Assembly (NCBI GenBank): GCA_009392005.1
Contig: VFHL01000006.1
Coordinates: 10,671 to 74,670 of the forward strand
Source: SAR202 cluster bacterium
GTDB lineage: Bacteria > Chloroflexota > Dehalococcoidia > UBA6926 > VFHL01
Direction of reading: 5' to 3'
DNA length: 64,000 bases
Below the pieces are notes generated by a model. The model made no database searches and was not told the DNA's origin. It worked only from the letters and a program-made list of their open reading frames with translations. Both the position numbers and the translations under genes were made by a program. This document shows positions 29,941 through 40,182 of the stretch, piece after piece. Position 1 is the stretch's first letter. Each line of letters starts with the position of its first letter.

Positions 29941-30190
29941 ATCATCAACCTTCCCGATGGGAACTTTTATAAAAATGATGCTTTAACATTTGAACTGGCC
30001 TAATACCAAATAGTATACCCCGGGGTAGTCTTTAAGCTTGTAGCTTTTAAGGACATTGTGGTAAATCACAAAGGCGTGGCATCATGTAGTTTAAAAGAAC
30101 AGCTTGAAAACATAATCTATACAAAGCCTGTGGTGAATTGTATTTGAAGGTATGCAAAATCAATAATTCAAGAAAATACGTGGAACTTAA

Positions 30191-30730
30191 ATGAATTGTC
30201 CAAAATGTGGTACGGAATTTGAAAAAAATGCAGTCTTTTGCCAACAATGCGGTGAAGATGTACGAAAACATCAAGACTCCGACTTATTCGATTCTTCGAA
30301 AATTGTCCCTGTGATAGAAGACAATGTATTCAAGAGAGCAGCAGCAACAATCCTAGACATTTTCGTCTTAAATGGATTCAATTTACTCATACTTAACGTT
30401 TTGACCCCGTCATTCTTGTCGAGGTCACCACAACTCGAAATAACACTACTGATCGCAACAACAAGCTGTTATTTCATTGGACTGTGGACATTAAATGGCC
30501 AAACGGTCGGAAAGAAACTGTTTCGCCTCAAAGTTATTCAGACAGACGGAAATGACATCACGTTTCCATCGGCAATATACAGGTACATAACATTTGTTTT
30601 AATGACTTCAATTTTCTTCGTCGGCTGGTTCTTGAGTGCCTTTTTCCTGATAAATACCGCTCGGAACCAAGGAATCCACGACAAAATTGCACGTACGATT
30701 GTTGTTCGCATCCCTAAAGCTACTGAATGA
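30191..30730 (+). CDS. Zinc-ribbon + RDD-family membrane protein
   Basis: CPKCG..CQQCG; KRAAATILD, GQTVGKKLFRLKV, QGIHDKIARTIVV. Confidence 0.88.
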   Translation: MNCPKCGTEFEKNAVFCQQCGEDVRKHQDSDLFDSSKIVPVIEDNVFKRAAATILDIFVLNGFNLLILNVLTPSFLSRSPQLEITLLIATTSCYFIGLWTLNGQTVGKKLFRLKVIQTDGNDITFPSAIYRYITFVLMTSIFFVGWFLSAFFLINTARNQGIHDKIARTIVVRIPKATE

Positions 30731-30777
30731 GGTTCTTCCAAACAGGTAAACACAACAACCTCAAATCACGAAACCTC

Positions 30778-31674
30778 TCAATTATCTCTTCTAATCCGCC
30801 TGCCAACGATCCGAATACTCGGGAATAAAACTGGGGTGTTTCTCTTATAGTTGGCATACTCAGAGTTGTCACCCCATTTTTCATCAGCATATGCCTCCAG
30901 CATCGGCAATCCACTGATACGAGTCAACAAAAACCAAACAAAAACTGGGGACAATAACGTCAAAAACTGCCACCCGCTTAGTAAGGGAATCGCGATGATC
31001 GCTATGCCTAACCATAAAACAATCTCACCCAAATAATTAGGATGTCGCGAATAACCCCATAAACCATTAGTAATAAAGTTATCGCTGTTCTCAGGGAAGG
31101 ACCGGAAACGTTTTTTCTGGGCATCTGCAACCACTTCGACAAAAAATCCAACAACCCAAATACTTAAGCCCAAAATGGTCAGGAAACCGATTTCCGCATG
31201 ATCGTTGGATGACATAGCTGCTAACCCAGCAGCAAACGTCATAAAGATCCACCCCCCTTGTAAGGTCCACGTCATTAGGAACCTACCAAAACTGGATTTA
31301 ATATCGTTAAATCTTCTGTCTGACCCACTCGTAAGAATTCGAGAAAACAGGAAGAAACTGAGACGAAACGCCCATACCGAAACCAAGAACCCAATCATAT
31401 ATCCAACATCCGTAGTAGTATCCCTAACCAAAATTACAAATATAGCCAACGTGATATACGTCACGCCCCCTATAAGATCAAAAAAACGTTCCGTTCGAAA
31501 CAAATATGCGGGAATAAACGACAACCACTGAATCAAAAAAATGATCGCGACACAGATACCGAACAATGGGAGGCCAAAAATGTAAACACTACCTGCTCCT
31601 CCTAGAAACCCAATGATTGTACAAACAAAGACAACCGCTCCTATCACAGCGGTAGACTTCCATACCTCTCTCAA
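30778..31674 (-). CDS. DUF1295 family membrane protein (steroid 5-alpha-reductase-like)
   Basis: ERFFDLIG, SDRRF, ADAQK, GLWGYSRHPNYLGEI, SGLPMLE. Confidence 0.88.
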   Translation of the reverse strand: MREVWKSTAVIGAVVFVCTIIGFLGGAGSVYIFGLPLFGICVAIIFLIQWLSFIPAYLFRTERFFDLIGGVTYITLAIFVILVRDTTTDVGYMIGFLVSVWAFRLSFFLFSRILTSGSDRRFNDIKSSFGRFLMTWTLQGGWIFMTFAAGLAAMSSNDHAEIGFLTILGLSIWVVGFFVEVVADAQKKRFRSFPENSDNFITNGLWGYSRHPNYLGEIVLWLGIAIIAIPLLSGWQFLTLLSPVFVWFLLTRISGLPMLEAYADEKWGDNSEYANYKRNTPVLFPSIRIVGRRIRRDN

Positions 31675-31844
31675 TCGATTTTCACCCCTAATAAATGTTT
31701 TTTTTGTCTCATCATTTTTGATTCAGAAAATGAGTGTACACCAGTGAACTTGCGAAATAGTTAGAATCCATTGGAGCGAAAATAGAAATAGGCACGCACT
31801 GACATCAGATTTCTTGTACACTCGCGACGAGAAGGAGAGTTTGA

Positions 31845-32975
31845 ATGTCACGCATTTCCACCAAGAAATTACTCATTCTGCTTATAGGAATCACTGCATT
31901 TACATTTGTTGGGTACACTCATTTCCAAGCAACCAAAGGTAGCGAGGTCATTAGTGCGCTAGCGATTCTTTGGATATTTGTACCTGCGCCAACCATCTAC
32001 ATCATTTCCCAGATCGCTCTAAGGAAACAACGTCGTGTTCGAGTTATAGTCAGGATTTATCTAGCAATTTCGTTCGTGATGGCGGCCTTAGTTTTGGGAG
32101 GAGTATCATGGATGGGTGCAAGTGATGCGATAGCCGCGAAATGCACTGCTGAGGAATTGGCCGAAGCTGGGGAGATTAGAGATTATCCATTCCTTGCGAC
32201 CCGTGCAGAACCAGTTACATTTCCGAGCATTCATGAATATCTGTTAACTGGATTCTTTATCTCCGGAACAGGTGGGGTACAAGAACAACAAAATATCAAT
32301 GAGGCGAATCCAACCGTCGCTATTATTAATGGTTATGGTAGTTGCTACCAAGAGGCTCTTGCGCACGGAGAGTTATTTGCGAAAGCTGGATATTCAGTGC
32401 TCCTTTTTGACCTCCGTTTCCAGGGCGAAAGCGGTGGGGCAAGTGTCACCGGTGGGTATTACGAACGTGGAGATGTTCTTGGAGCGATCGCATATCTTAA
32501 CGAACGCACAGACGTCGACCCACAAAGCATCGGATTATTTGGTTTATCCATGGGTGGATCGTTAGCAATTCTTGCCGCCGCCGACGTCCCGGAGATTAAA
32601 GCTGTCATCGCAGAATCTCCATACAAAAGCCTGCGAGCGGCAGTCTATGAATCATTCTATTATTTTGTCAAACTTCCAGCGTATCCTTTTGGTCCAATCG
32701 CAGTATGGATCATAGAGCGATCTGAAAATGCGCGAGCGGATGATGTTGTGCCACTAAATGAAGTCGACAAAATCGCGCCACGCCCTATATTAATCATTCA
32801 TGGAGCAAATGACCGTGTCATTGGCGCGCATAACTCACAAAGCATTTTTGACGCAGCAAAGCACCCAAAGGAGCTATGGATTGTCCCTGATTCGGGGCAT
32901 TCAGAAGCAATCGTAACAGCGGAGAAAGAATACATTAATCGAGTGATCGGCTTTTTTGATGAACATCTCCGATAA
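31845..32975 (+). CDS. Membrane-anchored alpha/beta hydrolase
   Basis: Three N-terminal hydrophobic segments; DLRFQGESGG, GLSMGG, HGANDRVI, SGH triad. Confidence 0.85.
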   Translation: MSRISTKKLLILLIGITAFTFVGYTHFQATKGSEVISALAILWIFVPAPTIYIISQIALRKQRRVRVIVRIYLAISFVMAALVLGGVSWMGASDAIAAKCTAEELAEAGEIRDYPFLATRAEPVTFPSIHEYLLTGFFISGTGGVQEQQNINEANPTVAIINGYGSCYQEALAHGELFAKAGYSVLLFDLRFQGESGGASVTGGYYERGDVLGAIAYLNERTDVDPQSIGLFGLSMGGSLAILAAADVPEIKAVIAESPYKSLRAAVYESFYYFVKLPAYPFGPIAVWIIERSENARADDVVPLNEVDKIAPRPILIIHGANDRVIGAHNSQSIFDAAKHPKELWIVPDSGHSEAIVTAEKEYINRVIGFFDEHLR

Positions 32976-33018
32976 TAACGGAGATGGAAACACAATCTGA
33001 AATAGAAGGAGGTCGGCA

Positions 33019-33579
33019 TTGAAGGTATATACTAAACATGGTGACCAAGGCGAAACCGGCCTACTGTATGGCGGTCGTGTTTCTAAGGATGACCCACGAA
33101 CAGAGGCTTACGGCACTGTTGACGAAGCCGTGTCTTTACTTGGGCTCGCTCGTGCATTATCCCAAGAAGACCGTGTGAAAGAAATCCTACTGATTCTCCA
33201 GCGTCAACTCTTCACAGTGGGGGCGGAACTAGCAACAGATAATGACAAATATGAACTCTTCTTGAAACACTTCGCACCGATAACGTCTGAGATGGTAAAT
33301 GCACTTGAAAATTATATTGATGAGATAGACGCCCAAATCAATCTTCCACGTGCATTCGTTATCCCAGGAGCCTCTCCAGCGTCAGCCGCTGCTGATGCTG
33401 CAAGATCCGTGCTTCGGCGGGCAGAAAGGCGTGCAGTTACGCTTCATGAAACTAACAGTGTTAATAATATCGAGATCTTACGTTACTTGAATCGTGCGGC
33501 CGACTTAATATTTATGCTGGCGCGCTTTGAAGACAAATTGTTACCCGACGAAATCCTCACCGGGGAGACCCAAAACTAG
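33019..33579 (+). CDS. PduO-type ATP:cob(I)alamin adenosyltransferase
   Basis: VYTKHGDQGETGL..RVSK..AYGTVDE, FVIPG, RRAER, YLNRAADLIF. Confidence 0.92.
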   Translation: MKVYTKHGDQGETGLLYGGRVSKDDPRTEAYGTVDEAVSLLGLARALSQEDRVKEILLILQRQLFTVGAELATDNDKYELFLKHFAPITSEMVNALENYIDEIDAQINLPRAFVIPGASPASAAADAARSVLRRAERRAVTLHETNSVNNIEILRYLNRAADLIFMLARFEDKLLPDEILTGETQN

Positions 33580-33588
33580 AAACTGGAC

Positions 33589-34215
33589 ATGGATACTATG
33601 CCTCAAATCCCAATAGCAATTGTTGATTATGGTGCTGGAAACCTACGGAGTGTTGAAAAGGCACTCGAGCACCTAGGCCACAAGCCTGTAATCACGTCAA
33701 ATCCAAAAGATGTCCAAAATGCCCCTGTCGTGATATTCCCCGGACAGGGAATCGCGGGACCCTGCATGCAAAACTTACAAGAGTCCGGACTATTAGAATC
33801 GCTGAAAGAAAGAGCGATTGAAAACAAACCCATTTTCGGAGTTTGCCTTGGACTACAATTACTGCTCTCATGGACCGAAGAGGGGAGCCAAGATTGCTTA
33901 GGCATCATAGATGGAAAAAACATCCGTTTCCCCCAAAAAGCAAAGGTGCCACATATGGGTTGGAATGGGGTATCCCAAACCAGCGATCACCCATTATTTA
34001 AGAATGTTAATGATAAGACACAATTCTATTTCGTTCATAGTTATTACGCCGTACCTTACGATACGTCTGTTGTTATTGGGACAACCGAATATCAAATAGA
34101 TTTCGCGAGTGTAATCGTTAAAGACAAACTTGCCGCAACTCAATTTCACCCAGAAAAAAGTGGCGTCCAAGGACTTCAGATTTATTCCAATTTCTTAGAA
34201 TACGCAATCGACTGA
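33589..34215 (+). CDS. hisH: Imidazole glycerol phosphate synthase glutaminase subunit
   Basis: DYGAGNLRSV, PGQG, GVCLGLQ, PHMGWN, YFVHSY, QFHPEKS. Confidence 0.96.
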   Translation: MDTMPQIPIAIVDYGAGNLRSVEKALEHLGHKPVITSNPKDVQNAPVVIFPGQGIAGPCMQNLQESGLLESLKERAIENKPIFGVCLGLQLLLSWTEEGSQDCLGIIDGKNIRFPQKAKVPHMGWNGVSQTSDHPLFKNVNDKTQFYFVHSYYAVPYDTSVVIGTTEYQIDFASVIVKDKLAATQFHPEKSGVQGLQIYSNFLEYAID

Positions 34216-34286
34216 TAGTAAAAATGTTATAGCGCGAATGATCAAGGTAAAGTATGAGTAATCTTAGTTCAAAAGGAACATCATAA

Positions 34287-35012
34287 TTGGAGATAATTCC
34301 GGCAATCGATATCCGTGGAGGACATGCGGTCCGTCTGTTTCAAGGTGACTATACCAAAGAAACTGTTTTCTCTGATTCGCCCGTAGACGTTGCGCAACAA
34401 TGGGCTAACTCAGCGCCCAGAAGAATTCACATTGTTGATCTCGACGGTGCACGGGATGGCAAATCGACAAATCGCTCAATTATCCAATCAATTTGCAAAA
34501 GGATCGATGTACCCATACAAGTTGGCGGCGGAATACGTTCATTAAATACGATCCGGCAATACTTGGAAGACGGTGTTCAGCGCGTAATATTGGGAACCGT
34601 TGCAATTGAAAATCCCCAGTTAGTTCAAAAAGCGTGTGAAATTTTTGGAGATGCGATAATAGTAGGTATAGATGCGAGAAATGGTTTTGTAGCAACGCAC
34701 GGCTGGTTGGGAAATTCTCTGACCGAAGCAAGCTCCTTAATTTCACAAATGGAAAAACTCGGCGTCCAGCGTTTCATTTATACGGATATAGGAAGAGATG
34801 GAACCCTTGAGGGACCGAACTTGGATGAACTCAAAATGGTCATTGAATCAGCAACTAAACCTGTAATTGCCTCAGGCGGTGTAGGAAGCTTGAGTGACCT
34901 CAAAATCCTCCGCAAAACTCAGGCAGAGGGAGTCATAATTGGCCAAGCTTTATACACAGATAAGATCAGCATCAATGACGCTTTAGCAATAGCCTCGGAA
35001 TCTGCAAACTAG
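34287..35012 (+). CDS. hisA: ProFAR isomerase
   Basis: IIPAIDIRGG..VRLFQG, HIVDLDGA, GGGIR, TDIGRDGTLEG, IASGG. Confidence 0.96.
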   Translation: MEIIPAIDIRGGHAVRLFQGDYTKETVFSDSPVDVAQQWANSAPRRIHIVDLDGARDGKSTNRSIIQSICKRIDVPIQVGGGIRSLNTIRQYLEDGVQRVILGTVAIENPQLVQKACEIFGDAIIVGIDARNGFVATHGWLGNSLTEASSLISQMEKLGVQRFIYTDIGRDGTLEGPNLDELKMVIESATKPVIASGGVGSLSDLKILRKTQAEGVIIGQALYTDKISINDALAIASESAN

Positions 35013-37387
35013 TAAATTATCTTTTCACTCTTTAAGCGCTCGATCTCAGCATCTGACATTCCGAGCAGCCCCCCGAATATCTTTTCGTTTTGGGCTCCTT
35101 GTTCGGGGCCAGCCATCCTAACTCTCCCTGGAGATTCGGACATTTCTACTAATGGTCCTCGGAATTCTACCTCTCCATGAGGATCAATGGCCTCTCGACG
35201 CAAAAAACCACGTTCTCTCAAATGCAAATCATGATATATATCTTCGTTATTTGACACTTCAAAAGCCGGAACACCTGCTTTTTGCAACAAGGTCATAGCC
35301 TGTCGAGGGGTCCGTTGTGATGTCCATTCCGTAATTTGGGCATCGATTTCCGCAGCATTTTCTCGGCGCAAAGCGTGAGTGCCAAAACGGGAGTCTTCAG
35401 CCCAATCAGAATCATCAAGAGCGCCCAATAAAGCATTCCAGTGATCATCAGTTTCACATGAAATTGCAACCCAACCATCATAGCCTTGAGCCCGATAAAC
35501 ACCAAACGGCGCGGCAACAGGATGAGAATTCCCTAATGGCTTTAATTCACGGCCGTTAATCAACGTATCCATGTAAAGAGGTGCGAAGACATAAGCGAGA
35601 CCTTCAACTTGTGCGACCTCAATATATTGTCCTTCACCAGTTCCATCTCGGTGTTCGAGGGCAGCAAGAATTGCCATATCCATCTGCGCGGCCGCCACAT
35701 CGTCAGGATAAGGTATCTTTGGATGTGCTTCCATAGGCGACTCTTCGTATCCCCAGAGATAAATACCTCCGCTATAACCCATTAATTGTTGGCCGTAAGT
35801 GGTCCACCAATTAAACGGTCCAGTCTTACCCATCGGTGGCATCCCCACAACAATAATGTCTTCTTTCGCTGAGCGAAGCTCCTCATAACTCAAACCTAAA
35901 TTGTCCATGACCTGATACGTGAAATTCTCTATTATCACGTCTGCATGTTTGACTAATTCTAAGAAAAGATCACGTGCTCGCGGATCCTTCAAATTCAATT
36001 CAATACTTTCTTTATCTCTGTTAATTCCATCGAATTGCGGTACACGAAGTTCTAATTGGCGAAAAGTATCAATCAAGTTTGATTCAATCTTGATTACTTG
36101 GGCACCGTAATCACCCAATATCGATGTGCCAGTAGGGCCTGACCGTACCCGTGTGAAATCCAATATTCGCACACCCTCCAAAGGCAGATCTCCAGACCTC
36201 TCTTTATTGATGGCAGACGTCCTTGAGCCTTGAGGTTGAATATCTGACAAAATTTCAACGCGATGCTCATCAAGTTGAGGTGCTGGCCGCGAAAGATTCC
36301 ATGGGGTTTTAGATAATATGAATGGTGCCTTAAGAGTTTTGTAATTACCGGCCACCGGATGTTCGCGCTCAACAATCAAACCTCGTGCCTTGGTTTGTTC
36401 ACTCTCTAAGAAAATAGATGGCGTACTGACAGGTGCTACAGGAATATGTCGTTCTTGAGCCTCGTTCACAAAATCCCACATGTTAAAGTCGGAAATGAAT
36501 CCTTCATATAAAGCTGCGATCACATCTGCATGAGCCCTCCTATATTCTTGGTCAGATTTGTATGGTTCTTCCGATAGCAATGGATCTTCCATCCAACCTA
36601 TCTCCATTGCCTGCCATGCTCGCTTACTGAAGGGCGCAATTATGATATGGCCATCTTGTACTGCATAGATACTGGCTCCCCCAAACGGTTGAGAACCCAC
36701 TCTGCGAACAACATCGCGGCTGCCGAGATATTGAAGAACTGAACCTCCATACAAAAATATTAAAGCCTGCTGTAATGAAAGATCAATCCATTGACCTATG
36801 CCGGTGGACCTTCTGTAGCGCAAAGCGGAAAGGATCGCAAAGGAGCCAATAAGACCCCCAAGTTGATACCCTTGAAAACTTGGAGCAACACATGGCGCCA
36901 TCTCATTATCCCCAGCCCAAGACATATACCCACTACTCGCCATTGCAATCAAATCGTCGCCTTGGAAATCTTTATGTGGCCCAGATTGCCCAAACACGGT
37001 GGCAGACAAAAGAATTATTCCAGGGTGCAATTGACGCAATTGCTCGTAACCAAGACCGATACTTTCCAAATATCCTTGATGAAAAGATTCAATCACAATA
37101 TCAGCGCTACGAACCAATTCTAAAAATTGAGCGCGGTCTCCAGCGTTTTCCAGATCGAGAGCAATACTCCTCTTACCAGAATCAAAATGCAGATGGTAAA
37201 TCCCGTGCTCAACATCTTCCTTATCATTCGCAAACGGTGGATATGTGCGTATCCGATCACCTGATGGAGGCTCGACTTTAATAACATCTGCACCAAGGCC
37301 AGCCAGCCAGAAACTACAAACCGCAGCAGCAGGACCTCCCACTTCAATAACCTTTACGTGCTTTAAAGCCCCATTATTTTCAGGCAT
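35009..37387 (-). CDS. Family III (CaiB/BaiF/Frc) CoA-transferase, two-domain fusion
   Basis: Two repeats: LGADVIKVEPP..GKRSIALDL..FGQSGP and YGAQVIKIES..DKESIELNLK..MGKTGP. Probable start ATG 37387 after GAGGGG. Confidence 0.9.
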   Translation of the reverse strand: MPENNGALKHVKVIEVGGPAAAVCSFWLAGLGADVIKVEPPSGDRIRTYPPFANDKEDVEHGIYHLHFDSGKRSIALDLENAGDRAQFLELVRSADIVIESFHQGYLESIGLGYEQLRQLHPGIILLSATVFGQSGPHKDFQGDDLIAMASSGYMSWAGDNEMAPCVAPSFQGYQLGGLIGSFAILSALRYRRSTGIGQWIDLSLQQALIFLYGGSVLQYLGSRDVVRRVGSQPFGGASIYAVQDGHIIIAPFSKRAWQAMEIGWMEDPLLSEEPYKSDQEYRRAHADVIAALYEGFISDFNMWDFVNEAQERHIPVAPVSTPSIFLESEQTKARGLIVEREHPVAGNYKTLKAPFILSKTPWNLSRPAPQLDEHRVEILSDIQPQGSRTSAINKERSGDLPLEGVRILDFTRVRSGPTGTSILGDYGAQVIKIESNLIDTFRQLELRVPQFDGINRDKESIELNLKDPRARDLFLELVKHADVIIENFTYQVMDNLGLSYEELRSAKEDIIVVGMPPMGKTGPFNWWTTYGQQLMGYSGGIYLWGYEESPMEAHPKIPYPDDVAAAQMDMAILAALEHRDGTGEGQYIEVAQVEGLAYVFAPLYMDTLINGRELKPLGNSHPVAAPFGVYRAQGYDGWVAISCETDDHWNALLGALDDSDWAEDSRFGTHALRRENAAEIDAQITEWTSQRTPRQAMTLLQKAGVPAFEVSNNEDIYHDLHLRERGFLRREAIDPHGEVEFRGPLVEMSESPGRVRMAGPEQGAQNEKIFGGLLGMSDAEIERLKSEKIIY

Positions 37388-37538
37388 AAGATTTCCCCTC
37401 ATATTAAATCTTTAAAACATAGACTAACATCGAAAATGTGCTGGAAAAAGGCTCTAAATATTAAACAATAGCCAGACAAATGTCATGACACCGGAAATTG
37501 GTGATCATTCTCATACCTTGTTATGATATTGAGACATC

Positions 37539-39722
37539 ATGTTGAATGCTTCAGACACTATCTTAAATAACCTTAACGCCAAGCAACGCGAAGCCGTTGA
37601 GTCTATTGAGGGACCGCTGTTAGTCCTAGCTGGCCCGGGCAGCGGAAAAACACGAGTCATCACACACAGAATCGCATATCTTACTCGGGTATTTGGTGTG
37701 GCACCTAGAAATGTACTCGCCGTAACATTTACAAATAAGGCGGCGAAAGAGATGTCTGAGCGACTTGAATCGCTGATTGGTACAAATGAGACAAATTACC
37801 GGAACCCGACAGTTGGTACTTTTCACTCTCTTGGCGTGCAAATTTTGCGCTCCCATGGCGACAGAATCGGCATCAATAAGGATTTTGTGATTTATGATCA
37901 AGCAGATCAGCTATCAACTATACGCCGGTCACTTGATCAGCTGGGATTAGACCCAAAAAGATATAATCCAAACGCAATCCTAGCCGGAATCTCCGGCGCA
38001 AAAAACCAGATGCTCACTCTAGAGGATCACGCTGCAAAACGAACACATTACTTTGAGGAAATAGTACATCGAGTGTATGAGTTATATGACAATCTACTAA
38101 ATCGGGCCAATGCAGTTGATTTTGATGATCTGTTGATGAAATCTGTTTTGTTGTTTCAAAATGAGCCAGAAATTTTGAAACTTTACCAAGACCGCTATTT
38201 ATATGTACTCGTTGATGAATATCAAGATACGAATGTGTGCCAATACAACCTGATGAATCAAATAACGGAGCATCACAAAAACATCTGCGCAGTTGGTGAC
38301 CCGGACCAATCTATCTATTCATGGCGACACGCCGACATCCAAAATATCCTGAATTTTGAAAATGATTACCCCGAGGCAAAAACTGTTTTATTGGAACAAA
38401 ATTATAGGTCAACTCAACACATTCTGGATGGAGCTAAAGCAGTAATAGCACCGAACCAGCAAAGAAAAGACATGCCACTCTGGACAGATAAAGAAGCAGG
38501 GCCTCCAATCAACTTGATCATCAGTTCAAGTGAACAAGAAGAGGCTCTCTCTGTTGTCAGTGAAATCGTACGATTGGAACGAGAAGGACTTGCACAACCA
38601 GGTGGGTGCGCAATCATGTACCGTACGAATGCACAATCACGAGCTCTTGAGGATGCCTTCAACAGATATGGAATGCCATACCATTTAATTGGCGGATTAC
38701 GTTTTTGGGAGCGTAAAGAGATTAAAGACGTTATAGCCTATCTTCGTGTAATTCAAAATCCATCTGATGATGTTAGCTTAAATCGAATAATAAACGTTCC
38801 AAATCGATCTATCGGGCAGAAAACGGTTGAAGAACTTACGACATGGAGTATTGAAAACAATGTGCCACTGTATTCTGCACTGAAAGTCGCCTTAACTGAT
38901 TCTGAACAAGCGGCCACAGATTCCAATGGACCCAGGCTTCAAACTCGAGCTGTAAAATCAATCAAGGCGCTCTTAGAGATCTTTGACTCTTTTGTTCGAG
39001 ACAGCAAGAACATTTCAATTGTTGAACTATTAGATGTGGTAACTGAAAAAACGGGCTATAGACAATCATTGCTCAATGAAGACGATGGTGAAGAACGCTG
39101 GGATAATGTTCAAGAACTACGTACAGTTGCAGCGCAAATTGAAGAACTAGATGGAGAACTAGCTCTTTCAGCTTTTCTAGAAAGTGCCAGTTTAGCTTCA
39201 GATATTGACAAGATAGAAGATGAATCTGGGGCCGCAACATTAATTACCCTCCATCAAGCGAAGGGATTGGAATTCCCAACAGTATTCATCGTGGGTATGG
39301 AAGACAATTTGTTGCCTCACAGTAGGTCGAAGGAAGACCCAGTCCAATTAGAGGAAGAGCGTCGCATATGTTACGTTGGCATGACCCGAGCTAAGGAGCG
39401 CCTCTATCTCTTGCGAGCAACTCACCGAAGCCTATTTGGATCACGCCTGAGTAATCCTCCATCACCTTTCCTCGCAAATATCCCAGAAATCAAAACTCAG
39501 GGTACCAATGATTTTTCTGCAACCGAAAACAAAAAGACAATACTTGAAATGCCAGCCATCGATCTCCGAGCTGGAGACCATGTTGAACACACGTCCTACG
39601 GGGAAGGAATCGTAATCGGTATTCTGCCTGAAACAGGGGATGCCCAAATCACGGTAGCCTTCAAGGGTAACGCAGGAGTTAAACGGCTATTGTATTCTCT
39701 CGCTAAGTTACGCAAATTATGA
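37539..39722 (+). CDS. pcrA: ATP-dependent DNA helicase PcrA/UvrD
   Basis: LAGPGSGKT, VTFTNKAA, VDEYQDTN, VGDPDQSIY, QNYRS, YRTNAQSR, TLHQAKGLEF, EEERR; C-terminal Tudor-like domain. Confidence 0.96.
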   Translation: MLNASDTILNNLNAKQREAVESIEGPLLVLAGPGSGKTRVITHRIAYLTRVFGVAPRNVLAVTFTNKAAKEMSERLESLIGTNETNYRNPTVGTFHSLGVQILRSHGDRIGINKDFVIYDQADQLSTIRRSLDQLGLDPKRYNPNAILAGISGAKNQMLTLEDHAAKRTHYFEEIVHRVYELYDNLLNRANAVDFDDLLMKSVLLFQNEPEILKLYQDRYLYVLVDEYQDTNVCQYNLMNQITEHHKNICAVGDPDQSIYSWRHADIQNILNFENDYPEAKTVLLEQNYRSTQHILDGAKAVIAPNQQRKDMPLWTDKEAGPPINLIISSSEQEEALSVVSEIVRLEREGLAQPGGCAIMYRTNAQSRALEDAFNRYGMPYHLIGGLRFWERKEIKDVIAYLRVIQNPSDDVSLNRIINVPNRSIGQKTVEELTTWSIENNVPLYSALKVALTDSEQAATDSNGPRLQTRAVKSIKALLEIFDSFVRDSKNISIVELLDVVTEKTGYRQSLLNEDDGEERWDNVQELRTVAAQIEELDGELALSAFLESASLASDIDKIEDESGAATLITLHQAKGLEFPTVFIVGMEDNLLPHSRSKEDPVQLEEERRICYVGMTRAKERLYLLRATHRSLFGSRLSNPPSPFLANIPEIKTQGTNDFSATENKKTILEMPAIDLRAGDHVEHTSYGEGIVIGILPETGDAQITVAFKGNAGVKRLLYSLAKLRKL

Positions 39723-39766
39723 CCGCGTACAAACACTAGAATTTCTGGAGACTAAGGAAAAACAAA

Positions 39767-40159
39767 ATGCCAATTAGACCAGTTACATACTTGATTTGGC
39801 CAGCGGCAAGTATGCTTTTCGGTTTTCTTGTCTTAACAATATTGGGACCACACCCTGCACTCGTAGCGCTAGGTTTGTCCTTGATCGGCTTTTTCCTACT
39901 TGTGGCTGTGGGTGAAATCACACCCTGGGCTCAAATCCGCGGCATCAAAAACCCAACCAAATTCAGCACAACGATAGGAGTATATGCATCGGTTGCATGG
40001 GTTCTATACGTGATCGTTGTAAGTCTTCCAATCGGGTTCTTCACAGATTTGCCCACATCAAGAATAGGTCGCAGCATATATTTTTGGATAACAATCATAC
40101 CCTTGCCGGTTTTATATCTTGGAATCTGGCGGTTTCAATACCAAAAAGCCAAGAAATAA
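39767..40159 (+). CDS. Hypothetical membrane protein (about 4 TM)
   Basis: 130 aa, hydrophobic, SD AAGGA, downstream of pcrA. Confidence 0.65.
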   Translation: MPIRPVTYLIWPAASMLFGFLVLTILGPHPALVALGLSLIGFFLLVAVGEITPWAQIRGIKNPTKFSTTIGVYASVAWVLYVIVVSLPIGFFTDLPTSRIGRSIYFWITIIPLPVLYLGIWRFQYQKAKK

Positions 40160-40182
40160 AGACGGCGACGCAGCAAAAAAAC

